Virus record (IMG/VR): IMGVR_UViG_3300027743_000030
Location: 1,018 to 65,017 of that record
Origin: a virus
Lineage: Duplodnaviria > Caudoviricetes
Direction: 5' to 3' (one strand)
DNA: 64,000 nt
Shown here: positions 56,488-64,000 of the stretch, piece by piece
Position numbering within the stretch: the stretch's first letter is position 1
How the letters are laid out: every line of letters begins with the position of its first letter
Translations under genes and position numbers: made by a program
The notes under the pieces: generated by a model
Databases searched by the model: none
Seen by the model: only the letters and a program-made list of their open reading frames with translations
Told to the model about the DNA's origin: nothing

Positions 56488-56907
56488 TTAGTGCCCGGCG
56501 TGCACGCTGATCGACACGCAATCGTTGATGATGATCTTACGGCCGTTGCAGTCCACCAAGCCGAGCGAGATGTCGAAGCGGAAGACCTTGCCCACCGGCA
56601 CGTCGCCGGTCTTGATCATGTTCACGGTGACGCGATTGTCGCCGGTGATGACAGTGTTGCCCGGCCACGCATTGCTCGGCGGCGTGACGTGACCCGACAC
56701 CAGCTCGATCTCAGCGATGTCGGCCGGCGCGGGCGGGTTGACCATCATATTGGTCAACGATGCTGCCTCGATCGATGCGAGCGTGAAGCCATCCACGCTG
56801 GCAAGCAGCCCGGTCCAGTCGATCTGCATTGGCACGGTTTCATTCGGCCGCACGTCCCAAACCATGCAAGTGCAGGCCGGATAGGGTGCGCACTGGAACG
56901 TCTGCAT
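56488..56907 (-). CDS. Virion-associated hypothetical protein (Cys-rich)
   Basis: P.E.V...IDW; located in head-neck cluster. Confidence 0.6.
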   Translation of the reverse strand: MQTFQCAPYPACTCMVWDVRPNETVPMQIDWTGLLASVDGFTLASIEAASLTNMMVNPPAPADIAEIELVSGHVTPPSNAWPGNTVITGDNRVTVNMIKTGDVPVGKVFRFDISLGLVDCNGRKIIINDCVSISVHAGH

Positions 56908-56910
56908 AGG

Positions 56911-57276
56911 TCACCGCCGGCAGGGCGCGATCAGCTTGGAGATGCGCCGTTGACTGTAGAGCGTGCGGATGCGGCGCTGTGAGATCAGCACAGCGCCGGG
57001 ACAACCGGGAACGGCAAACGCGACTGAGGAGGAAGACGTTTGCCGCCCGCCATAGGCAACGGTGCGCATTGGCGACGGCACCGGCCAGACCTTCAACATT
57101 TATTACCGCCGAGTCTCGGCTTGCTGACGCCGCTGCTGACCCTCAACGCCCTGGCCCTGAATGCCGCCGAACGTCGTGGTCCCCGTGGTCGTGCACATGC
57201 ACGGCGACGGGAAATACTCGGTCACGCACGGAGCCGCCGGCCCGGCGCAGAGCATCATGCATCGATTCACCATCAT
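56911..57276 (-). CDS. Two small ORFs (56911-57099; 57103-57276, Cys-rich)
   Basis: SD AGGAGG before 57276; manual translation MMVNRCMMLCAGPAAPC...CMC. Confidence 0.5.
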
Positions 57277-57279
57277 GGC

Positions 57280-57521
57280 TCAGTCCTCCTGTTTCCGTTT
57301 GCGCTTACCGTCGTCAACTTTTCGCAGCGACGATAGGTCCACCTCAAGTTGATTAGCCTCGTCCACGTCCTTCAAGTCATCGGCCGTGAGCTGCCGCGCC
57401 CAGCCGCGCTTGATCATGCTGGCGGCGGCCCAGTCCGGCACTTCGTAAACCTCTCCCGGTGCATACTCCATCAAGCTCACACCGTTGTTGAGCGAATAAC
57501 GAACCGGCTCGTTGGCGATCA
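57280..57521 (-). CDS. Small head-associated protein
   Basis: Y.PGEVYEVPD..A..MI..GWA; start approximate. Confidence 0.6.
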
Positions 57522-57530
57522 TGCGAACGA

Positions 57531-57908
57531 TCACCGCACGCTCTCCATGCTGACGACATAGCCGCCGCACTCTTGCTCGCTGGCCTCGTCTTCATCTTCG
57601 AACGGTACGACTCGCAGCCAGTCGGCGATGTGACGGCGGTACAGAAACTCGGCCTCGCCCTCAACCTTGTCGACCAGAAAGCCGCCGCGCACTGTGCCGG
57701 CCACCTTGTCGACCAGCTTGTCGGGATCGTGACGGCCGTTCGACAGGTTGGAAACTTCGCACCAGCACAGATCATCCGGTACGCCGCCGCGATCGTAGGT
57801 GTGCTGCAGACGAAAGCGCGCGGAGCCTTCCCCGCGAAAAACTATGCGGGCTGCTTTGCCGGTAACCGGCTGCGGCGTGACGGTGCCATGATCAAACAGA
57901 ACATGCAT
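57531..57908 (-). CDS. Hypothetical protein
   Basis: MHVLFDHG...ADWLRVV. Confidence 0.55.
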   Translation of the reverse strand: MHVLFDHGTVTPQPVTGKAARIVFRGEGSARFRLQHTYDRGGVPDDLCWCEVSNLSNGRHDPDKLVDKVAGTVRGGFLVDKVEGEAEFLYRRHIADWLRVVPFEDEDEASEQECGGYVVSMESVR

Positions 57909-57913
57909 CCGGC

Positions 57914-58555
57914 TCACATACCTGTGCGTCGAAGTCTTGTCACTGCCACCAGCAATTCCAGATTGGTCGCCCCTTGCGAAAAGATGCGCACGAACTGCTT
58001 GGGGCATGCCACGGCAACCTGACAGATCGAGTGCGCCTTGATCGGGTTCTGTGCCGAGAGCGTGATGGAGGCGTCGCCCACATCAACCCAGGTGAGGTTG
58101 AACGTCGAGCCGACGCCAGGACCGTTGCTGGAAACCTGCGGCCGTGGATTGGCTGGCGGCGTCCCGACAAGGCTGCCACCATCGGTCAGTGTGACGGCGC
58201 TGATCACGCCAGCGTTCACTGTTGCAACAGTCAACACGACACCATTGCCGAGTGAAATTCTATTCCCGACCGCATGGCCCGTACCGCCAGAGACGATCGC
58301 CGCCGCATTGACGCGCTTGCTGGCCACAGCCGGGACCGGCGAGCACTCGGGGAGAATTTGCAACGGCCCCCAAGTGCCCGGCACGCAGGGGTCACCGGGC
58401 GAAGAGTCGGCTCCCTGGAACGTGAACGTTCCGGTGGTAACGTCAGCGGCGGTCTGGTTGGCGAGCAGAAAAACGTAGGCAAGGCCGGGGCTGATGTCGG
58501 CGAACTTCGGCGACAACACGTTGAACGCGAGCGCAGACCCGGCCCCTGAGATCAT
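57914..58555 (-). CDS. Putative capsid decoration protein, paralog 2 (with insertion)
   Basis: Closely similar to 58557-58955 plus a ~80-aa insert. Confidence 0.65.
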   Translation of the reverse strand: MISGAGSALAFNVLSPKFADISPGLAYVFLLANQTAADVTTGTFTFQGADSSPGDPCVPGTWGPLQILPECSPVPAVASKRVNAAAIVSGGTGHAVGNRISLGNGVVLTVATVNAGVISAVTLTDGGSLVGTPPANPRPQVSSNGPGVGSTFNLTWVDVGDASITLSAQNPIKAHSICQVAVACPKQFVRIFSQGATNLELLVAVTRLRRTGM

Positions 58556-58556
58556 C

Positions 58557-58955
58557 TTACATTCCAGTCCGACGAAGCCGCGTCACCACCGCCAGGATGT
58601 CGAGCGTGCCGGCGGTGCCGGCGACGCGGATGAACTGCTTGGGACAGGCCACGGCGATATGGCACTGCGACATGGCCTTGATTGGATGCTGCGCGTCCAC
58701 GACCACGATCGCATCCGGTGCAGCTGCGCCGAGCGGCGGCGAGCATTCCGGCTGCACGTCGAGCGGGGCGAAGGTGCCCGGCACGCAGGGATCGTTCGCC
58801 GAAGCGTCCGCGCCCTCGATCGTGAACGTGCCCGTGGTCACGTCAGCCCCCGTCTGGTTGGACAGCACGATCTCATAGGCATAGCCCGCGCTGAGATCGG
58901 CATATTTCGGCGACGCCACATTGAAGGCGAGGACCGTTCCGGCCGCTGAAAACAT
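58557..58955 (-). CDS. Putative capsid decoration protein, paralog 1
   Basis: Directly after major capsid gene; SD AGGAG. Confidence 0.65.
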   Translation of the reverse strand: MFSAAGTVLAFNVASPKYADLSAGYAYEIVLSNQTGADVTTGTFTIEGADASANDPCVPGTFAPLDVQPECSPPLGAAAPDAIVVVDAQHPIKAMSQCHIAVACPKQFIRVAGTAGTLDILAVVTRLRRTGM

Positions 58956-58986
58956 GGTTGCGATCTCCTGTTTCGGGACTAGCCCC

Positions 58987-60339
58987 TTACTGAATGCGCA
59001 GCAAGCGACCGGCGTTGACGCAAAGCGGCGCGCCGCCGATGCGTGCCTCAAACTTGAACAGCACGCAGAAGCCCGCCGAGTAGGGGTCTTGCTGCATGGT
59101 GACCGCCTTACGATTGACGACCATGTACAGCTGCTTCCAATTGGCGAACGCCACCGGCGTTGCTCCCGGCACCGCGTCCGGCATCTGGTTGGCGATCACC
59201 ACCGGCGAGCCGGCAATGATGTACTGGCCGGCGACCAGCGGCGACGCGAGCATGATCGGACGGCCCATCGCATCCGACATGGTGAGCGTGAGTCCGAAGG
59301 TGTTGCCGTTCATCAAATAGCTGGTGCCCGGCCCCTGGAACGTGGTCGGCACCTGATACTTGAGCAGCACCAAATCCTGCCAGCCGAATTGCCCGGCCGG
59401 TGTCAGCGATCCGGTGTCACAGATCGGCATGCCCGAGCGCAGAATGCCGAGTGGCTTGCCGATACCGTCACCCGAGACGATGGACGAGCTGATCTGGTTG
59501 CGGAAGGCACGGTTGACCTTGCCGAGCAGCCAGGACTCGATGTTGACGTTTGCGTCCTCCAGCAGATCGCGGCTGGTGCAGACGATATAGCGCAGCGACT
59601 CGGGCTTTAGCTCGACCTCGCCCAAGCCATCGCCGATTTGCTGCGTCGGGTTGTTGGCGAAGCATTGCGACTCGCAAGCCCATGCCGCCGTGTCCCAAAT
59701 CTCGTTGTCGACCATGAACTTTACCGATGGCCCGCTGATGGTGATGTTTGCCATCAGGCCGGTGAGATCGGTCACGTCCTCGATGCAGGACAGGATCGTG
59801 GCTGACATTTCCGGTGCCATCAGGAAGCCGGACGCACCGAGATTGAAGGTTGAGAGCGCCTTGCGTTGATCATCCGGCAGCGCCGCAATGTTGGTGCAGT
59901 GCATCAACGAGCGCACCGCTTTGACCGCCACCTGGGCAATGGCCAGCTCGTCCTCGGTGTAGCTAAAGGGATGATCGCCGCTGTCCGATCGCTTGGTGAC
60001 GCGGTGGAAGTGCTTGGCTTCGAGCAGCCCAACCGCCGATTCTTTCACCGTCTCGTTATTGTCGGTGCCGCCGCCGGGCCGGCTGACCTTTTTGGAGAGC
60101 GTGTTGATCGTCTCCTGCAACGACTGCAAGGTGGTCGCCTTTTCGGCTTCCTCCTTCACGATCCGATCCAGCTTGGCCTGGATGTCCGCGACCGTCTTGG
60201 AGCCGGCCTCTACGCCGTCCTTCAGCTCCTTGAAGGTGTCGATGCGGGCCGCCTCGGCCTTCTGCATCTCCTCGCCTTGTTTCTTGACCTCGGCCTGGAC
60301 GGACTTGATCAGATCGGCAACCGTGTCGGCTACGGTCAT
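58987..60339 (-). CDS. Major capsid protein (HK97 fold)
   Basis: Coiled-coil delta domain, GFL..PE, S.DLLED, G.G.GKP.GI, G.PV, R.GG. Confidence 0.95.
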   Translation of the reverse strand: MTVADTVADLIKSVQAEVKKQGEEMQKAEAARIDTFKELKDGVEAGSKTVADIQAKLDRIVKEEAEKATTLQSLQETINTLSKKVSRPGGGTDNNETVKESAVGLLEAKHFHRVTKRSDSGDHPFSYTEDELAIAQVAVKAVRSLMHCTNIAALPDDQRKALSTFNLGASGFLMAPEMSATILSCIEDVTDLTGLMANITISGPSVKFMVDNEIWDTAAWACESQCFANNPTQQIGDGLGEVELKPESLRYIVCTSRDLLEDANVNIESWLLGKVNRAFRNQISSSIVSGDGIGKPLGILRSGMPICDTGSLTPAGQFGWQDLVLLKYQVPTTFQGPGTSYLMNGNTFGLTLTMSDAMGRPIMLASPLVAGQYIIAGSPVVIANQMPDAVPGATPVAFANWKQLYMVVNRKAVTMQQDPYSAGFCVLFKFEARIGGAPLCVNAGRLLRIQ

Positions 60340-61034
60340 GGCAAGCGCCTTTCCTTGACAGTATCAAAAAGTGCCTGGACCTCTGCGGCCAGCGCGGTGA
60401 ATTTGTCGTCATCCTTCGCCGAGAAGCCATCGATCTCGGAAATGCCGATGCGGCCCGGTTGCGCCAGCAGCGCGTCGAAGCCCTTCTTCATCACCACATC
60501 AATGTCATCGTCGGTTAGCCCGTTGTCGCGCAGCCATTGCCACGTATCGTCACGCGACAAGCTCTTGACCGCGCTGATCCGCGCGCCCTTGTTGCAGGGC
60601 ATGGAGCAGACGCTGCACTCCATCAGCTCGGCTTTTTTGATGTGGCGGATTCGCTTTTCGTGATCCCAGCTGGCACCGCCGGGCTCGATCAGATAGCCGA
60701 CCGACAGGCCGGTGAGGAAGCGTTGCTTCATCAGCGCGTGGGTTTCGCGGCCCTTCTCGGTGAGCAGCGATATCTGTCCCTCGACTTCGAGGCGGTCGCC
60801 CTTCTGTTCGAACTTGGTGTAACCGCCGATCAGGTAGTCGCGATTGTGATCGCGGTACATCTTAACTTCTTTGGGATCGATGGTGCCGAACGCGCCCGGC
60901 ACAATGATGTCTCGCACGCGATCGGGGTGCGCTGTCGAGGCAGTGCCGGTGAAAGTCGCGATGTCCGCGCCTTCATTTAGGGCCTTGGTTTCTAAACCGC
61001 CCTCGCCGGTCCACGCCAAGTCTTGATACAGCAT
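60336..61034 (-). CDS. HK97-family prohead protease
   Basis: DII.PGAF, H....IG, GLSVGY, L.E.SV..P.N..A.I. Confidence 0.92.
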   Translation of the reverse strand: MLYQDLAWTGEGGLETKALNEGADIATFTGTASTAHPDRVRDIIVPGAFGTIDPKEVKMYRDHNRDYLIGGYTKFEQKGDRLEVEGQISLLTEKGRETHALMKQRFLTGLSVGYLIEPGGASWDHEKRIRHIKKAELMECSVCSMPCNKGARISAVKSLSRDDTWQWLRDNGLTDDDIDVVMKKGFDALLAQPGRIGISEIDGFSAKDDDKFTALAAEVQALFDTVKERRLP

Positions 61035-61134
61035 GTGTGCCCCGCGCTCGCGGCGACGCAGCCGCCACGGCTCGGGACCATAAGGCAATTACCGGAACCG
61101 TGCAATTCCCACCTGAAACGGGAAGGGGGGTGGG

Positions 61135-62298
61135 TCAAAGGCGCGGCAGCGTCAGGATGCGCATGCGGATTCTGCCTTTGCCCAGGAAGTACGCCGCCGT
61201 CGCCCGATGCGTCCCGTCCCACAGATAGGTCTTGCCCCGGTACAGAAACGCCAGCGGCTTGTCGTCGCCTTCGCCCGCCGCATAGTCGCGAATGACAGCT
61301 TCCACCTTTCGCATGCCAACGCTCGGTTGGATGGCAGTCAATTCAGCCAGCTCAATGTCTTCCTCTGGTAGGTTTGCGCGTCTCGAAGGGATCGCTGCCG
61401 TGGCCTTGGCGATCTCGTCTGCGCTCGCTTGCGCAAATGGAACACGAACGCCGCCACCGCCCTTTTTAGGCTCGCCATCGACGCCGACTTCCTCTTGGCT
61501 GCGTAACAGACGGACAGCCTCATCCACATTGCGTTCGCCGCCGGCCGCAGCGACTGGCGGCGGGACCGCCGACTTGGGTTTTGTCTCATAAAGTACGCTG
61601 CAGCGGCAATTGACGATCTCCTCCGGGCCAGCACCCAAGCTGCTGTCGCCCGGCCGCATCAGCTGCGCACCGCCTACCGAGAACGGTTCATTGAACGGCA
61701 CCGACTGGCCGTTGGCGGCACGGTGCGTCGGCCGCGTCTTGCGGTCCCCGACCGCGAGCCACGTCTTGCTGGCAATGGTGATGTTTTTGGATTTCATTGA
61801 CGCTTCGATCGCTGCCATGGCCGCATTGTGCGTCTCGGTGCGCGCGATCGCTGCCGCCCGACCGCGTGCCAGGGCCGGCGCTTGCTTTCTGATCTCCCGC
61901 GCGATCGCGTCCGGTCCTTTGCCTTGACGCATCTTGTCGGAGACGATGGTCGCGATCTGATCCTGCACCGACTGTGCAATGCCGTTGATCTGATCAGCGG
62001 CGTGGGCGTCGAGCCAGAATAGTTGCTCCTCCATGAACCGGGTGATCGTCATCGGCACCCCGGCCTTTTCCTCCAGCTTGGTCACAGCGGCATACTGGTC
62101 ACGATAGATGCGACGATAAAACAGTGCCAGCAACGGCCGCCCGCGCTGGCGGATGTACTCCTGCGCCTGATTGAAGCTGCGCGTGACCAGCAACCGGATC
62201 GCTGCCGCAATGATTGCCGCCAGCCGGACGTGGAGCTGTTGCTCGATCCTGTCGAGGTAGGCTTGGAACTCGCGATCGTCCTTAACGTCGATCAGCAT
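61135..62298 (-). CDS. MuF / SPP1 gp7 head morphogenesis protein with C-terminal ParB/Srx-like domain
   Basis: RA..IARTE, K.W...D..TR.TH...NG, PGD...NCRC; C-terminal L...Q..V, Y.WDGTHRA.A. Confidence 0.88.
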   Translation of the reverse strand: MLIDVKDDREFQAYLDRIEQQLHVRLAAIIAAAIRLLVTRSFNQAQEYIRQRGRPLLALFYRRIYRDQYAAVTKLEEKAGVPMTITRFMEEQLFWLDAHAADQINGIAQSVQDQIATIVSDKMRQGKGPDAIAREIRKQAPALARGRAAAIARTETHNAAMAAIEASMKSKNITIASKTWLAVGDRKTRPTHRAANGQSVPFNEPFSVGGAQLMRPGDSSLGAGPEEIVNCRCSVLYETKPKSAVPPPVAAAGGERNVDEAVRLLRSQEEVGVDGEPKKGGGGVRVPFAQASADEIAKATAAIPSRRANLPEEDIELAELTAIQPSVGMRKVEAVIRDYAAGEGDDKPLAFLYRGKTYLWDGTHRATAAYFLGKGRIRMRILTLPRL

Positions 62299-62612
62299 TT
62301 GGTCAGCCGATAGAAACCATCATAGCCGCCGATGCGATAGCCCGCCTGCGTGATGGCATCGTTGATCTGCCAGACATGAGCCTTGAGCGTGGCGCGCGAC
62401 TTCTCGCCATTCTCGTAAACGATGCCGAACAGATCGCGAGCTGAAATGCCGTCCGGCCCGGCCCTCATCACCACATCGAAGATGCGCGCCTTTAACGGCG
62501 TGAAGCGCACGCCCATCCGCGTCTCGGGTAATGATTGGCCGCAGTAGCTGCAGCAACGGGGCCTGATCGAAACTATTTTCGCCGCATTCGAAACCGCACG
62601 CCCACCGGCCAT
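62292..62612 (-). CDS. Zn-finger + winged-helix protein
   Basis: CCSYCG; TLKAHV.QI...G.Y.L, OmpR-like C-terminus; start uncertain. Confidence 0.6.
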   Translation of the reverse strand: MAGGRAVSNAAKIVSIRPRCCSYCGQSLPETRMGVRFTPLKARIFDVVMRAGPDGISARDLFGIVYENGEKSRATLKAHVWQINDAITQAGYRIGGYDGFYRLTKC

Positions 62613-62791
62613 GGCAGATCAACTCCTACGAAGCTCTCGCCGCGCTGCTTGGTTTCGATGAACGTCGTGAATTCCGCTTCATGCTTCAAGCCGCAATCGC
62701 AACACTCCAGCTCAAAGCCCTTCATCTTTGGCGTGAACCACTTCGACCACTTGCTGGCCCGCGCGGTCATGCCTTTGCGGTCCCGCCTCAT
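62573..62791 (-). CDS. Small protein with CCDCGL motif
   Basis: ATGA-coupled to portal stop. Confidence 0.6.
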   Translation of the reverse strand: MRRDRKGMTARASKWSKWFTPKMKGFELECCDCGLKHEAEFTTFIETKQRGESFVGVDLPWPVGVRFRMRRK

Positions 62792-64000
62792 CCCGCCTCG
62801 TTCTCCAGCTCCTTGCCCACATTGCTGGCCATGATCTCAACCTGCAGCCGTTGCCGGTTCAAAATCTCGGTCTGGATCGGCATGTTCGACATCGGGTCTT
62901 CGTTCGGCGGATAGCCGAGCAGGGCGCGCTGTTCGTTCACCGTCAACATGGTGGCATTGCGAGCGATATCTACCAGCTGCAGCCGCGCCTGCGCCATAGC
63001 TGGGATGTGAGTCACATCGACGCGGATTTCCGACCCGCTCTGATGCATCAAGGCATGGTTCAACGCGGCCACGTACAGGTTGATATAGCCGGGCAGCACC
63101 GTGTCAGTCAGAAAGCCGACGCGGGCGTTGATCAGGTTGTTATAGGTGTCGGTGCCGGGGATGCCGACGAGCTGCGTCGGCACGCCGAACGTCATGCAGA
63201 CATCCCGCGCCAGACTGTCCTTGATCTCGACCGACAGCGCCGACGCCGGGTCTTCGGACAAGCGTGTCAGCGACCACTTGGCATTGGCGGCGATCATGGT
63301 GCCGCCCGACTCCTTGCCGGTAAGCTTGAAGCGATCGAGCTGGGCGCGAACCTCGTCCAAAACTTTCTGGTGCAGCTCCTTCTCCGTGGACAGCAGGCCG
63401 GTGATGTTGGAGCTGTTGCTGACGATATCGGCGCACCGTTGCAGGATGCGCGTGAACACTTCGGCCGGTGCCGCCGCGATTGCTGCCGGCGACTTGTCGG
63501 TTTGATGATTGAGCGCCGGCCGGTTAATGTGGATCAGCTCGCAGTCGCCGGTTTCGGGATCAACCGGATAAGTCTCGACACCCTTGGTCGTTGTGCGCTT
63601 GAAGGCAGCGATCACTTTCGAGTTGTCATAATAATCGATCGTCACCTCATTGGAGTTGATCGGCCACAACTCCAGAATGACCGGGCTATTGCCGCTCACG
63701 CCGCGCACTTGCTTGAGGAACGCGCGATTGGCCACCGCAAGCGAAGCCGCCACGAAATACTGCAGCGCCGCGCCGGTCCATTGTGGATTGGGCCGCGCCA
63801 GGACGTTGGCCACACCTTGCTGACGTGAATCAAGCCCGCCGCCTTCGTCGCCGTTGTGAACTTCCAGCGCGACTGACGATGACATTTGCCCAATCATGTC
63901 CACGCAGCGCCACAGGTAGATCGACCGCACATATTGAGTCAGCATTTCGCTCGAAGCACGATCGAGCGAGACTTGGGTGTGAACTGCCGACGTGACGGTG
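62788..64000 (-). CDS. Portal protein (HK97-like); N-terminus probably beyond window
   Basis: L.RPNP, FGVP.QLVG, TYNN, T.NE.R.LLGY; frame open up to the window edge. Confidence 0.92.
   Translation of the reverse strand, partial: TVTSAVHTQVSLDRASSEMLTQYVRSIYLWRCVDMIGQMSSSVALEVHNGDEGGGLDSRQQGVANVLARPNPQWTGAALQYFVAASLAVANRAFLKQVRGVSGNSPVILELWPINSNEVTIDYYDNSKVIAAFKRTTTKGVETYPVDPETGDCELIHINRPALNHQTDKSPAAIAAAPAEVFTRILQRCADIVSNSSNITGLLSTEKELHQKVLDEVRAQLDRFKLTGKESGGTMIAANAKWSLTRLSEDPASALSVEIKDSLARDVCMTFGVPTQLVGIPGTDTYNNLINARVGFLTDTVLPGYINLYVAALNHALMHQSGSEIRVDVTHIPAMAQARLQLVDIARNATMLTVNEQRALLGYPPNEDPMSNMPIQTEILNRQRLQVEIMASNVGKELENEAG

Noticed and set aside
1-64000. tRNA, rRNA or IS elements
   Set aside because: None recognised by eye; tRNAscan-SE and ISEScan were not run.

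Overview
This window holds what looks like a nearly complete (~65 kb) GC-rich temperate-type tailed phage genome; an alphaproteobacterial host is inferred, not shown. The large terminase runs off the left edge and the portal off the right edge, both on the minus strand, which suggests the window was cut from a circular or permuted genome. Modules: packaging (terL/terS); a plus-strand, probably early/accessory region (3.5-13.6 kb: MoxR-like AAA ATPase, DUF3150-like protein, HExxH/VWA protein, ASCH, serine resolvase, many small ORFs); a ParB-like + ABC-ATPase/GNAT locus; an iteron-rich putative origin beside a primase/helicase split into three genes; a cro/cI switch; YqaJ/Bet recombination genes; lysis; a Mu-like contractile tail with several fibres; an HK97-fold head with a MuF protein. 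The main finding is a ~95-nt, three-hairpin RNA motif with an invariant CUUGCA loop and a (G)AGUCAC box at the ribosome-binding site. It is repeated six times, with covarying stems, between genes of the early AAA/VWA operon. A ~200-nt highly paired non-coding element carrying the same sequence words and their complements follows the operon terminator. Also notable: very Cys-rich virion proteins, a MuF-ParB fusion, a CI lacking the autocleavage residues, a stand-alone RNAP alpha-CTD homolog and a likely two-catalytic-domain endolysin. All family assignments come from motif recognition by eye; no database searches were run.
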